This document shows, in pieces, positions 50,768 to 60,713 of a stretch of 64,000 nucleotides of DNA; the stretch's first letter is position 1; each line of letters begins with the position of its first letter. Origin of the DNA: an uncultured Pseudomonadota bacterium (GTDB lineage: Bacteria; Oederibacteriota; Muellerivitia; Muellerivitales; Muellerivitaceae); assembly GCA_963836235.1 (NCBI GenBank), contig CAWIIP010000001.1, forward strand, positions 64,001 through 128,000, read 5' to 3'. Under the pieces are notes generated by a model that did no database searches, was not told the origin of the DNA, and saw only the letters and a list, made by a program, of their open reading frames with translations. Made by a program: the position numbers and the translations under genes.

Positions 50768-51181
50768 TTGGGTATGAAACGGCTGATGTATGGAATCCTT
50801 CTCCTAACGATATCCATTCTTTTAGGTGGATGCTCTCTTTCGCCGGATGAGAAGGTATCACGGGAACAAGCACTAAAACAAACGGTCGAAACATTCGTCG
50901 CCGATGTGATTCAGTCCAATTGGATGGAGGCCTACCGCCTCACGGACGGAAGTTTTCCGAACGCGGATCGTTTGAAAACACAGATCACCCAAAGCTGGGT
51001 TACGGACTCCACGATTACGGATGGGAATATCTCTTCCATGGCCTGGGTTTCCGATGAAATCGCAAAGGTCAAGTTGACGTGGACTTTCCAATCTGGAAGC
51101 GTGCAAAGCTTTTCAAATGAAACTTTTGTTTGGGGTTGGAAAGGGAATGGTTGGAAGTACCGGGGGCGGGCGATTCGCTAA
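50768..51181 (+). CDS. Hypothetical lipoprotein
   Basis: MKRL...LLGGC lipobox followed by a small alpha/beta domain. Confidence 0.65.
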   Translation: MGMKRLMYGILLLTISILLGGCSLSPDEKVSREQALKQTVETFVADVIQSNWMEAYRLTDGSFPNADRLKTQITQSWVTDSTITDGNISSMAWVSDEIAKVKLTWTFQSGSVQSFSNETFVWGWKGNGWKYRGRAIR

Positions 51182-51210
51182 AGTCGTTATTTGTATTTTG
51201 GGTTCAAATG

Positions 51211-51245
51211 AAAAAAGCCACTTTCCCAAAGGGAAAGTGGCTTTT
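51211..51245. terminator. Bidirectional intrinsic terminator
   Basis: AAAAAAGCCACTTTCCC-AAA-GGGAAAGTGGCTTTT between convergent genes. Confidence 0.85.
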
Positions 51246-51256
51246 AGTTTTAAAAC

Positions 51257-51523
51257 CTAAGGTTTTGCGGCAGTTTGCGGGGCCTTGCGGATAGCCTGGC
51301 GTTTTTGGACCTTGCCGGAACGAAGGCAACGGGTACAAACCAAAAGGCGTTTGGGGCTTCCATTGACGACGGCACGGATGACTTGAAGGTTTGGCATTTG
51401 GCGGCGCAGATGCACGCCGGTGATGTTCAATCCGATACCACCCTCTTTTTTCGATTTACCACGGCGGGTAATCTTGCGGGCCTTGATTGGGCCTTTGGAA
51501 CAGATGTCACAAACTTGAGCCAT
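51257..51523 (-). CDS. rpmB: 50S ribosomal protein L28
   Basis: MAQVCDIC...RRQMPNLQ...CTRCLRSG (Zn-binding form) after GAGGAG. Confidence 0.93.
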   Translation of the reverse strand: MAQVCDICSKGPIKARKITRRGKSKKEGGIGLNITGVHLRRQMPNLQVIRAVVNGSPKRLLVCTRCLRSGKVQKRQAIRKAPQTAAKP

Positions 51524-51657
51524 TGCGTTACTCCTCGTTTTAGAGACTAGGGGCGGTATTATACGCAAAGGGTTTTGGAATAAACAAGCGTTTTTACGGC
51601 CATATAGCCCTCATTTCCCGGTGCTATGATGGGCCATCTTAATCCAGGCGGTTCGCG

Positions 51658-54051
51658 ATGCTTTCGCTGTCCAAACAACTTGAAAACTGGCTGAAGCCCC
51701 TTCGACTCGAGGAAAAACAAGACTTCGCCAACAAATCGGTAATGAAGGGTTTGGACGGTTTTTTGATGGCCCAGTGCGACAAAATTCTGAAGTCCGCCCC
51801 ATTGTATTTCGCCGAAGCCAAGGAATTCTCCGTTTTTTTAAAAGAGCTTCGCGGTTCCTTTTCACAATACATGACCTATAGCCCCCAAGAACGCCGTCAA
51901 TTAGTTGCAGAGACCCAAAAGAGCATTAAAGATTGGGTGGGTAAGCTTCCCAAGGAACCTTTATCTGGCAAACTCGCGTCTGAAAAGCGGAATTTATCCG
52001 ATTCGATCCTTCCGCTTGTCCCTAAAGAAAAACAACGGGCCTTTCATTTAACGGGGCTCAAAACGGTGGACGACTTGCTTCACTATTCGCCCAAATGGGC
52101 CGTCCAGGGGGGTTCTTTTACACCGATCGCCCAATGTGTTACTCGGGAAGAGCCTTACTTCATCCTGGCCCGAATCAACGGCCTATCCGAAATGCGGCGG
52201 GGCCCCCGGGTTTTGGTCAAAGTCGTCTTGCAGGATGCCTCTGGGCATCTGAATTGGGTATGGTTCAATCGGCCCTATCTCAAGAAAGAACTGACCAACG
52301 GCCGTTGGGTTTTATTGCATGAGACGCCCCAAGTTTCCAAGTGGGGAAAGCAGGTTATCGGTAAGGCGGAAACTTTCGAGTTTCTTTCCCCCGAGGAAGA
52401 ACAAGCCTTAAGGGAGGGGAAGGTGATTGTTTTTTATCCCTCGACGAACACCCTCACCCAATCTTTTTGGCGAAATATTATCGGGTTGGCTTTAGAAAAA
52501 TACCGGGATTTGATCCCCTCCAGTCAAAACACGCATTCTTTATTTGGTAAGACCCCATTGTCGGATGCGGTTCAGGAAATCCACCATCCAACCACATTGG
52601 AATCCTTTGAGGGGGCTCGAAAGAGACTGGCCTTTGAGGAACTTTTGGCCTTGCAAACCTTTCTCATCGTTAAACGGCGAGCGATTGAGAAAAGAGAAAA
52701 AGGCAGAGCCTATAACTTTGAGGGCGAACGAATCCTAAAATTTCGAAAAAGTATTCCGTACCAGCCCACCCAGGCCCAAAAAAGGGTTGTAAAGGAGATT
52801 AGGGAAGATTTAGCCAAGCCCCATCCCATGAACCGGCTTTTACAAGGGGATGTGGGAAGCGGTAAAACCCTGGTGGCAGCCATCTCTTTTCTCTATGCCG
52901 CCGATTCAAACCTTCAAAGCGCTTTTATGGCGCCTACCGAAATCTTGGCCCAACAGCACTATGCCAGCTTGGTGAAGCTGCTGGAGCCCGTTGGATTGAA
53001 AACCCTTTTGCTGACCAGCGATATGAAGGCAAAATCTAAAAGGGAATCCTTGGAGAAATTGGCACTGGGTCAGGTGGACGTGGCTATCGGGACCCATGCG
53101 CTTTTGGAAGAAAGCGTGGGGTTCAAGAACCTGGGCTTCTTGGTGATTGACGAGCGGCATAAGTTTGGTGTCATGCAAAGGGCCGCCCTTGAAGCGAAGG
53201 GTAAATGGCCCGATTGCCTGATGATGACAGCCACCCCTTTTCCCCGTGCCTTGGTCCTAACTGAATACGGGGATACGGATTTGTCCCTGCTGGATGAGTT
53301 TCCCAAAGGGCGCAAGGTCATTAAGACCTTTTGGAAAAATGAATCTCAAAAGAACGAAGTTTACACTTTTGCCAAAGAAAGAATTTTAAAAGGCGAGCAG
53401 ATTTTTTGGGTTTTTCCCGTGGTGGAAGAATCCAAAACCTTCCTAAAGTCGGCCATTCAAATGCACCAGCATTTCCAAAAGGAAGTTTTTCACGGGTTTA
53501 AAGTTGGCCTTTTACATGGAAAGATGAAGAAAGAAGAAAAAGAAGCGGTTATGGCAACCTTTTCCAAAAATGAAATTCAGTTATTGGTTGCGACGACTGT
53601 CATTGAAGTGGGGATTGATATCCCCAATGCCACGGTAGTGGTGGTGGAACATGCCGAGCGGTTTGGCCTGGCGCAATTGCACCAATTACGAGGCCGTGTG
53701 GGACGGGGTGGTAACCAGTCCTTTTGTTTCCTTTTAACCTCGCCGGTCATATCGAGCGACGCCATTAAACGCATGAAGATCATGGTAGATACTCTGGATG
53801 GATTCAAACTTTCCGAACTCGACCTTAAAATGCGGGGACCGGGGGAGATTTTTGGTGTGGCTCAATCCGGACGCCGCGAGGGCGGGATTGTGGATTTAAA
53901 AAGGGATGTGGATGTGGTGGATGAAGCCAGGAAAGCAGCGTTAACTATTATTGAAGGTGATCCCAAGCTTATATCGGACGATAACAAAGGTCTGCGCCAA
54001 AACTTAGAATCGAAGTATCGGGATTTGCTCGATTTGGCCCAGATTTCATAA
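51658..54051 (+). CDS. recG: ATP-dependent DNA helicase RecG
   Basis: RLAFEE, GDVGSGKT, DERH, GLAQLHQLRGRVGRG, DLKMRGPGE; extended N-terminus. Confidence 0.94.
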   Translation: MLSLSKQLENWLKPLRLEEKQDFANKSVMKGLDGFLMAQCDKILKSAPLYFAEAKEFSVFLKELRGSFSQYMTYSPQERRQLVAETQKSIKDWVGKLPKEPLSGKLASEKRNLSDSILPLVPKEKQRAFHLTGLKTVDDLLHYSPKWAVQGGSFTPIAQCVTREEPYFILARINGLSEMRRGPRVLVKVVLQDASGHLNWVWFNRPYLKKELTNGRWVLLHETPQVSKWGKQVIGKAETFEFLSPEEEQALREGKVIVFYPSTNTLTQSFWRNIIGLALEKYRDLIPSSQNTHSLFGKTPLSDAVQEIHHPTTLESFEGARKRLAFEELLALQTFLIVKRRAIEKREKGRAYNFEGERILKFRKSIPYQPTQAQKRVVKEIREDLAKPHPMNRLLQGDVGSGKTLVAAISFLYAADSNLQSAFMAPTEILAQQHYASLVKLLEPVGLKTLLLTSDMKAKSKRESLEKLALGQVDVAIGTHALLEESVGFKNLGFLVIDERHKFGVMQRAALEAKGKWPDCLMMTATPFPRALVLTEYGDTDLSLLDEFPKGRKVIKTFWKNESQKNEVYTFAKERILKGEQIFWVFPVVEESKTFLKSAIQMHQHFQKEVFHGFKVGLLHGKMKKEEKEAVMATFSKNEIQLLVATTVIEVGIDIPNATVVVVEHAERFGLAQLHQLRGRVGRGGNQSFCFLLTSPVISSDAIKRMKIMVDTLDGFKLSELDLKMRGPGEIFGVAQSGRREGGIVDLKRDVDVVDEARKAALTIIEGDPKLISDDNKGLRQNLESKYRDLLDLAQIS

Positions 54052-54166
54052 AACACCGCCCTGATGATTCTGTTTATTAACGGAGCAAGCTTTGAAATAA
54101 CCTAAAAATGGTGAAATTCGAAGATTAAAATGGATTGATTCGAGTTAAACACGGGGAGGATTAAAA

Positions 54167-54519
54167 TTGAGGAGAAAAATAATAACCTCGGTTCTTATTA
54201 TCACCTTATCACCATTTTTTCTGGATTTCTAGCTGGCTGTAAAAAATCTGTTCCTATTGGTCAAAAAGAGCAGGAAATTTCAAAAAAATTAAAAGAGGCT
54301 TTGCCTTATGGATCGAGTGTTAAAAATCTGATTTCTTACTTGGATACAAATAAGATTGAGCACGGTGAATACGATTCAACAAGCCATACATTAGGCGCAA
54401 TAATTAGGGATGTAGATAGAAGCCCCGTTGTGATCACCCATGTTCAAATCACCTTTCTATTTGATAAAAAAGATAAGTTGATGACTTTTACATGGAAAGA
54501 GGCTTATACAGGTCTTTGA
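54167..54519 (+). pseudogene. AT-rich lipoprotein gene frameshifted by an 8-bp tandem duplication
   Basis: GGGGAGG RBS, TTG at 54167, TTATCACC twice (54198-54213). One copy gives MRRKIITSVLIITIFSGFLAGC, in frame with ORF 54301..54519. Confidence 0.75.
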
Positions 54520-54590
54520 CGTACCTAACTTATCGAATTGCCTCGAATTTAGGGGTTCGCAAATCGTACGGGATGGGGAGTCGTTAACTC

Positions 54591-55166
54591 ATGAGAGTCA
54601 TCGCAGGAAAATTTAAAAGCCGCCCTATCAAGGCACCCAAAAACATGCGTATTCGCCCCACTTCCGACAAGGTCAAAGGGGCGCTTTTCAACATGTTGGA
54701 ACCCTTGCAAGATTGTAGTGTTGTTGATTTTTACGCTGGAACAGGGAATCTAGGAATCGAAGCTATAAGCCGTGGGGCCAATGAAGTTGTCTTCGTCGAA
54801 AAAGAACCTGAAAGTCTTAAACTGGTTAACGAGAATCTGCAAAGTTTCGGGATAAATCCAAGGGATTCAAAAGAAAATATTCGGGTCATTCCTTCGGAAG
54901 TGGCCAAGGCTTTTTATTTGCTTCGTCAGGAGGGCAAAAAGTTTGATATTCTACTGGCCGATCCGCCTTATGAAACCGGGGTTTTAAAAAGGCTTCAGCA
55001 TCTATTGATGGAGTATCCGATTCTCAAGGACGGTGGTATTTTCGCCATTGAGCACGGCCTGAAGGATACGGAATTGGCCGCCGAGTTTCCTTATCCCTTG
55101 ATCCGGCAAAAGAAGTATGGGGATACTTACTTAAGTTTATTTAAGAATTCCGTTAAGGACGAATAA
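54591..55166 (+). CDS. rsmD: 16S rRNA m2G966 methyltransferase
   Basis: MRVIAG, RPTSDKVK, DFYAGTG, DPPY, KKYG. Confidence 0.94.
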   Translation: MRVIAGKFKSRPIKAPKNMRIRPTSDKVKGALFNMLEPLQDCSVVDFYAGTGNLGIEAISRGANEVVFVEKEPESLKLVNENLQSFGINPRDSKENIRVIPSEVAKAFYLLRQEGKKFDILLADPPYETGVLKRLQHLLMEYPILKDGGIFAIEHGLKDTELAAEFPYPLIRQKKYGDTYLSLFKNSVKDE

Positions 55167-55654
55167 TGAGTAAGAAGAAAAAAATGATCGGGCTGTACCC
55201 CGGATCCTTCGACCCGGTTACCAATGGCCACTTGGACATTGCTGAGCGCGCATTCCAGCTTTGTGATGAGCTTTATGTTTCGGTTGTGGCGAATCCCTCA
55301 AAAGACACTCTTTTTTCCATCGAAGAAAGGGTGGCGCTGCTTCGTCAGACGACAAAACACCTTCCCAATATTATTATTTCGTCTTTTAACGGCTTATTGG
55401 TCAATTATGCCCGGGAAATCAAAGCCAGCCTTATCTTTCGAGGATTGCGTGCGGTTTCGGATTTTGAGTATGAATTCCAAATGGCACTGATCAACAGGGC
55501 GTTGCACCAACAGATCGAAGTGGTGTTTTTGGTTCCAAATGAAAAATTTATCTTCTTGTCCTCCAGTTCAATCAAAGAAGTGGCTAAATTAGGCGGCGAC
55601 GTCAGTGGTTTTGTCCCATCGGTAGTTGAAAAAGCACTTCGCAAACGATATTGA
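55166..55654 (+). CDS. coaD: Phosphopantetheine adenylyltransferase
   Basis: YPGSFDPVTNGH, RGLRAVSDFEYE, SSSSIKE. Confidence 0.96.
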   Translation: MSKKKKMIGLYPGSFDPVTNGHLDIAERAFQLCDELYVSVVANPSKDTLFSIEERVALLRQTTKHLPNIIISSFNGLLVNYAREIKASLIFRGLRAVSDFEYEFQMALINRALHQQIEVVFLVPNEKFIFLSSSSIKEVAKLGGDVSGFVPSVVEKALRKRY

Positions 55655-55709
55655 TCGAATCTATCGAATAAAACTCTCCGCAAAATGGCCTGGAAATAAG
55701 GGTATTTCC

Positions 55710-55739
55710 TTGACACTGAAAGTAAGGGATTCCTATAAT
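55710..55739 (+). promoter_or_regulatory. Consensus sigma70 promoter of the yceD-rpmF-plsX-fab cluster
   Basis: TTGACA-18 nt-TATAAT. Confidence 0.8.
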
Positions 55740-55861
55740 CCGACTGCTTTTTAGGCCTTAGCAGTTGCCAGCCCATAGCTTTCAGCCTTAAATTGTAAAT
55801 GGAATTTATTACTGACAGCTGACGGTTGAAAGCTGGTTCATGGAAGGGAGGCGACGCAACG

Positions 55862-56383
55862 ATGTTGAAGGTGGAATTGCGTTCGCTGGAACAAGAAGAC
55901 CTGGTTTTAGAAGAGACGAGCTGGCCACATTCTTTGGGCATGGATTTGGCCCCGGAATTAAGCCGGGAACCGCTGGCGATTTTTTGCCAAATTTCCAAAA
56001 GCGGGGATTTGATTTCAGTAAAGGGCTGGGTTCAAAGCAAGATGCTTTTGACCTGCGGCCGTTGCCTGAAAGAGTTCGAGACCCCTTACAAGTCGTTCTT
56101 TGAGGTTCATTACCGGCCCCAATGCGAGGGCAGCCCCGACGAAAGGGACAGCATTCCCGAGGGGGAAGTCGAGATCGTTTATTTCGAGGGAGATGTGCTG
56201 GATATTGGCGACCAAATCCGCCAGACCATCATTCTCTCGGTGCCCATGCGGGCCCTTTGCCGGGAGGATTGCCGGGGGCTTTGTAGTGGCTGTGGTTATG
56301 ATTTGAACCTGGAAGCCTGCCGTTGCACGGAGCCGCCCTCCGATTCGCGGTGGGAAGCCTTAAGAAAATGGAAATCAGGATAA
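55862..56383 (+). CDS. yceD: YceD/DUF177 protein
   Basis: CGRCL, PMRALCREDCRGLC..CG.DLN, DSRWEAL; ATG at 55862 after GGAGG; upstream of rpmF. Confidence 0.9.
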   Translation: MLKVELRSLEQEDLVLEETSWPHSLGMDLAPELSREPLAIFCQISKSGDLISVKGWVQSKMLLTCGRCLKEFETPYKSFFEVHYRPQCEGSPDERDSIPEGEVEIVYFEGDVLDIGDQIRQTIILSVPMRALCREDCRGLCSGCGYDLNLEACRCTEPPSDSRWEALRKWKSG

Positions 56384-56467
56384 GACAGTTCGCGGTTGGC
56401 GGCTGGTATTTGACAGCTTCGACAAACGGCTTGTTTTAGATAGTTTTTAAAAATTTTGGAGGTTGTC

Positions 56468-56650
56468 ATGGCAAATCCGAAACGGCGGCATTCCCGTCAG
56501 CGCCGCGATAAGCGCCGCACCAATTGGAAAATCAAGACCAAGTCTCTGTCGGTCTGCCCCCAGTGCAAAAGCGCGAAGATGCCCCACCGTGTCTGTCCTA
56601 CCTGCGGATATTACAAGGGCAAAGAAGTCGTCAGCGTTGACATCGCTTAA
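56468..56650 (+). CDS. rpmF: 50S ribosomal protein L32
   Basis: MANPKRRHS...CPQC...HRVCPTCGYY. Confidence 0.96.
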   Translation: MANPKRRHSRQRRDKRRTNWKIKTKSLSVCPQCKSAKMPHRVCPTCGYYKGKEVVSVDIA

Positions 56651-56659
56651 ACATTCCAA

Positions 56660-57715
56660 ATGAGAATAGCCCTTGATGCAATGGGTGGTGACGCTGCTCC
56701 CCGGGAAATCGTCCAGGGAGCTGTCCTCGCCGTTCGTGATTCCGAAGTCCTCGGCATGGCCAACCACGACCTGGAATTGGTTCTGGTAGGCCGTAAAGAG
56801 GATATCGAAAAAGAGCTTTCCCATATCGGAAGCTATCCCCGGAAATCCATTTCCATTGTGGATGCTAGGGAAGTGGTGGGTATGGGTGAGAGTCCCGCCC
56901 AAGCTTGTAAGCAAAAACGAGATTCCTCGGTGGTCCGTTGCGCCGGAATGGTTAAAAAAGGAGAAGTGGTCGCCACCGTTTCCGCGGGGAATTCTGGTGC
57001 CACCATGGCTGCAGCCCTGATGATGTGCGGTCGAATTGACGGTGTTCTACGCCCCGCCATTACAACCATGGTTCCCAGTATCCAAGGCGTTTCGGTCCTA
57101 GTGGACGCTGGTGCAAACGTCGATTGCAAGGCTAAGCATTTGCTTCAATTCGCCCTCATGGGCGAGGTTTTTGCCCGGACGGTTTTGAATTTTAAAAACC
57201 CAAGGGTCGGCCTTCTTTCCATTGGCGAAGAGGAAACCAAGGGCAATGAACTGGTCTTTGAAACCCAGGCCCTTTTAAAAAAAGTTCCTATTAATTACAT
57301 AGGAAATGTCGAGGGTCGTGACATTGTAAATGGCAATACGGACGTGACCGTTTGCGACGGATTTACCGGCAATGTGACCCTCAAAGCTATCGAAGGTGTT
57401 GGCGAACTGGTTTACAACCTCCTTAAGAAAGAAATGAGCTCGAATCTTTTTACACTGCTCGGCGGGCTTTTGGCTGCTCCAGCTTTTAGGCGTTTCAAAA
57501 GAGCTATTGATTATAAAGAATACGGCGGAGCTCCTTTGCTGGGGATTGATGGGCTAAGCCTCATTTCTCACGGAAAATCGAACGCTGTTGCGATTAAAAA
57601 TGCCGTTCGGGCGACCTTACGGTGTGTCAACCGTGATATGAATGGCATATTGAAAGAACAAATTTTGAAACACGGGCAAGTCATTGATAAGCCCGAAACG
57701 AAGCCGGGGAGTTAA
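56660..57715 (+). CDS. plsX: Phosphate acyltransferase PlsX
   Basis: IALDAMGGD, SAGNSGA, DAGAN, GEEETKG, CDGFTGN, YGGAPLLG. Confidence 0.96.
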   Translation: MRIALDAMGGDAAPREIVQGAVLAVRDSEVLGMANHDLELVLVGRKEDIEKELSHIGSYPRKSISIVDAREVVGMGESPAQACKQKRDSSVVRCAGMVKKGEVVATVSAGNSGATMAAALMMCGRIDGVLRPAITTMVPSIQGVSVLVDAGANVDCKAKHLLQFALMGEVFARTVLNFKNPRVGLLSIGEEETKGNELVFETQALLKKVPINYIGNVEGRDIVNGNTDVTVCDGFTGNVTLKAIEGVGELVYNLLKKEMSSNLFTLLGGLLAAPAFRRFKRAIDYKEYGGAPLLGIDGLSLISHGKSNAVAIKNAVRATLRCVNRDMNGILKEQILKHGQVIDKPETKPGS

Positions 57716-57716
57716 T

Positions 57717-58709
57717 GTGAGCGAGAAAATCCGCGCAGGGTTCCTCGGAACTGGTTCTTATTTACCTGAAAAAATCCTAACCAACCAAGAGATGGAAAAA
57801 ATCATTGATACCTCCGATGAATGGATAGTCACTCGTACCGGGATTAAAGAGAGGCACGTTGCCGCGCCCGATCAAACCACGTCCGATATGGCAACGGAAG
57901 CTGCCAAACGGGCACTTGCAGCGGCGGGGTTAAAAGCCACCGACTTGGATTTGATTATTGTCGCTACCATCACGCCGGATATGCCGACCCCCGCCACCGC
58001 TTGCTGGGTGCAAAGTAAGTTGGGAGCTCCACAAGCCGCGGCTTTTGACCTTTCCGCCGCCTGCTCGGGTTTTGTTTATGGAATATCTTTAGCCAGAGCT
58101 TTCGTGGAAAGCGGGACTTACCAAAAGATTCTCCTGATTGGTGCCGAAAAATTGACTGCATTCATCGACTGGAAGGACAGGGCTACCTGCGTGCTTTTTG
58201 GAGATGGGGCTGGTGCGGCAATTATTGGACCCGTGGTCGAGGGCCAGCATGAAATCCTTTCGTCTTATATGGCCGCTAACGGTAAAGAAGCTGAACTATT
58301 AAAAATACCGGGCGGTGGATGCCGTTTTCCATCATCCCTGCAGACTGTGGAACAACGGTTACATACTTTGAAAATGGAAGGTAAAGAAATTTTCAAAACG
58401 GCCGTGAAAGTTATGACCGAAGCCACGCTTGAGGCAATAAAACGGGCTCACCTGAAGCCCGAGGATATTTCGTTGGTTATTCCACATCAAGCCAATATCC
58501 GTATTATTAACGCCATCGGAGAAAGGCTGAATTTCCCACCGGAAAAACTATTCATGAATTTGGATAAAGTTGGCAACACTTCGGCAGCTTCAGTCATCAT
58601 CGCTTTGGACGAAGTGGTAAAAACCGGGAAAATCCATAAGGGGCAGGCCCTTGTTTTTGTGGCTTTTGGCGCGGGAACTACATTGGCTTCCTGTGCGGTG
58701 AGGTGGTAA
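57717..58709 (+). CDS. fabH: Beta-ketoacyl-ACP synthase III
   Basis: AACSGF, PHQAN, GNTSAAS; likely GTG start at 57717. Confidence 0.96.
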   Translation: MSEKIRAGFLGTGSYLPEKILTNQEMEKIIDTSDEWIVTRTGIKERHVAAPDQTTSDMATEAAKRALAAAGLKATDLDLIIVATITPDMPTPATACWVQSKLGAPQAAAFDLSAACSGFVYGISLARAFVESGTYQKILLIGAEKLTAFIDWKDRATCVLFGDGAGAAIIGPVVEGQHEILSSYMAANGKEAELLKIPGGGCRFPSSLQTVEQRLHTLKMEGKEIFKTAVKVMTEATLEAIKRAHLKPEDISLVIPHQANIRIINAIGERLNFPPEKLFMNLDKVGNTSAASVIIALDEVVKTGKIHKGQALVFVAFGAGTTLASCAVRW

Positions 58710-58712
58710 TCC

Positions 58713-59636
58713 ATGAAACGAGCTTTTGTTTTTCCGGGACAGGGATCCCAATCGATGGGAATGGGGATGGACCTCTTCAAGTCCTACCCCGAATGCCGAG
58801 ATCTTTTTGAACGAGCGGATCAAGCGCTTGGTTTTTCACTCTCTAAAGTTTGTTTTGAGGGGCCCGAGGAAGAACTGAAAAAAACAACCGTAACTCAGCC
58901 TGCCCTTTTGGTTTGTTCCATGGCGGCTTTAGCTGTTTTGAAAAAGGCGGAGATTGGGTTTGAAGCTGTAGCGGGACATAGTTTGGGAGCCTATAGTGCT
59001 CTTGCGGCTGCGAATGTCATTGCCTTCGAGGACGCGATCAAATTGGTACGCCGCCGGGGCGAGTTGATGGAAGAAGCTGGGAAGGGTAAGGGGACCATGG
59101 CGGTCATTCTCATGTTGGACGAGGAAAAAGTAATCCAAGCCTGCAAGGAAGCGTCGTCTCAAGGTGTCGTAGAGCCGGCTAATGTCAATTGTCCTGGGCA
59201 AATTGTGATTTCGGGTGAAAAGGCCGCAGTGACGGCCGCCTGCGAGAGAGCAAAGGCCTTAGGCGCCAAAAGAGCTATGGAACTTCCGGTAAGCGGCCCT
59301 TTCCATAGTTCTCTCATGAAGCAAGCCGCAGATGGCTTGGGTCAGGTTTTGGAAAAAATGAATTTTTCGACGCCGCAGGTTACTTATTATTCCGACATTG
59401 ATGCCGTCATTATGAGTGACGTTACCCTGATTAAGGAAAGCTTGGTTCGGCAGCTCATGGCTCCCGTTCAATGGATTAAGACCATTGAAAAAATGACCGA
59501 AGATGGTTTCACCTCTTATGTGGAAGTTGGACCGGGTAAGGTTTTGAACGGACTCATTAAAAAAATTTCAAAGGATTCCATCACTTCGAATGCCGGGGAC
59601 ATGGAGTCGATTCAATCGGTAATAGAGGCGAAATGA
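58713..59636 (+). CDS. fabD: Malonyl-CoA:ACP transacylase
   Basis: FPGQGSQ, GHSLG, VSGPFHS, EVGPGKVL. Confidence 0.96.
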   Translation: MKRAFVFPGQGSQSMGMGMDLFKSYPECRDLFERADQALGFSLSKVCFEGPEEELKKTTVTQPALLVCSMAALAVLKKAEIGFEAVAGHSLGAYSALAAANVIAFEDAIKLVRRRGELMEEAGKGKGTMAVILMLDEEKVIQACKEASSQGVVEPANVNCPGQIVISGEKAAVTAACERAKALGAKRAMELPVSGPFHSSLMKQAADGLGQVLEKMNFSTPQVTYYSDIDAVIMSDVTLIKESLVRQLMAPVQWIKTIEKMTEDGFTSYVEVGPGKVLNGLIKKISKDSITSNAGDMESIQSVIEAK

Positions 59637-60373
59637 GCTTGAAAGACAAAGTCGCCGTGGTGACAGGTGGTAACCGAGGCATTGGCAAGTCGATAGCCCT
59701 TACTTTGGCCCAAAATGGGGCTTCTTTGGCTATTTGTGGCACCAATGAGACCACCTTAAAGGAAACGGCGGCGGAGATTGAAAAAACCGGCGTGAAATGC
59801 CTCGCCCAAAAGGCGGACGTTTCCAAGGCCCAAGAGGTCGATTCTTTTTCAAAAGCGGTTTTGGATACCTTTGGGAAGGTTGACGTGCTCGTAAACAACG
59901 CGGGCATCACGAAGGACAATCTTTTAATTCGCATGAGCGAACAAGAATGGGATGATGTCATCGATATTAATTTGAAGAGTGCTTTCCTGATGACGAAGGC
60001 TTTTGTCCGATCGATGATGAAGGCTCGGCAAGGGCGCATTATCAACATCACTTCCATCATCGGAATTAGGGGTAACGCTGGTCAGGCCAATTATGCCGCA
60101 AGTAAAGCAGGAATTATTGGTTTGACAAAAACTACAGCGCGAGAATTCGCTAGCCGAAACATCACTTGCAATGCGATCGCTCCAGGATTCATCCAAACCG
60201 ATATGACGAATGCTTTAGGCGAAAAAGCGAAGGAAGAATTGTTACAACAAATTCCTTTGGGATTCTTGGGCGAAACGGCGGATATTGCCGGTACGGTTTT
60301 GTTTTTTGCCTCTAATGAGGCGAGATATATTACAGGACAAGTTATTTGCGTTGATGGTGGAATGGTGATATAA
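59633..60373 (+). CDS. fabG: 3-oxoacyl-ACP reductase
   Basis: TGGNRGIG, NNAGIT, YAASK, VDGGM. Confidence 0.96.
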   Translation: MSLKDKVAVVTGGNRGIGKSIALTLAQNGASLAICGTNETTLKETAAEIEKTGVKCLAQKADVSKAQEVDSFSKAVLDTFGKVDVLVNNAGITKDNLLIRMSEQEWDDVIDINLKSAFLMTKAFVRSMMKARQGRIINITSIIGIRGNAGQANYAASKAGIIGLTKTTAREFASRNITCNAIAPGFIQTDMTNALGEKAKEELLQQIPLGFLGETADIAGTVLFFASNEARYITGQVICVDGGMVI

Positions 60374-60453
60374 GAGTCTGCTTTTGGAAGTCGCAGTTGA
60401 AAAGGGTTATTTTTTGCCTATGATGAATCACACTTTTAACGGAGGTGAAGACG

Positions 60454-60690
60454 ATGGCCATTGAAGATAAGGTGAAGGAAATTATCGTTGATCAATTGGG
60501 AGTCGAACCCGATCAAGTGAAGCCCGAGGCTTCCTTTATTGACGATTTAGGCGCCGATTCCTTGGATACAGTTGAATTGGTGATGGCGTTTGAGGAAGAG
60601 TTTGATCTGGAAATTCCCGATGATGATGCCGCGAAGATTAAAAGTGTTGGAGATGCAATTACTTATATTAAGTCTAAAGCTTCAGAATAA
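60454..60690 (+). CDS. acpP: Acyl carrier protein
   Basis: [20 protein letters not shown]. Confidence 0.97.
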   Translation: MAIEDKVKEIIVDQLGVEPDQVKPEASFIDDLGADSLDTVELVMAFEEEFDLEIPDDDAAKIKSVGDAITYIKSKASE

Positions 60691-60713
60691 TTTTCCCTTT
60701 TCAGGAGGGTTTC

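Noticed and set aside
54520-54590. attC-like site after the AT-rich lipoprotein gene (ACCTAAC...GTTAACT)
   Set aside because: The right end does not fit GTTRRRY, pairing is weak, there is no integrase, and the other AT-rich genes lack a similar site.
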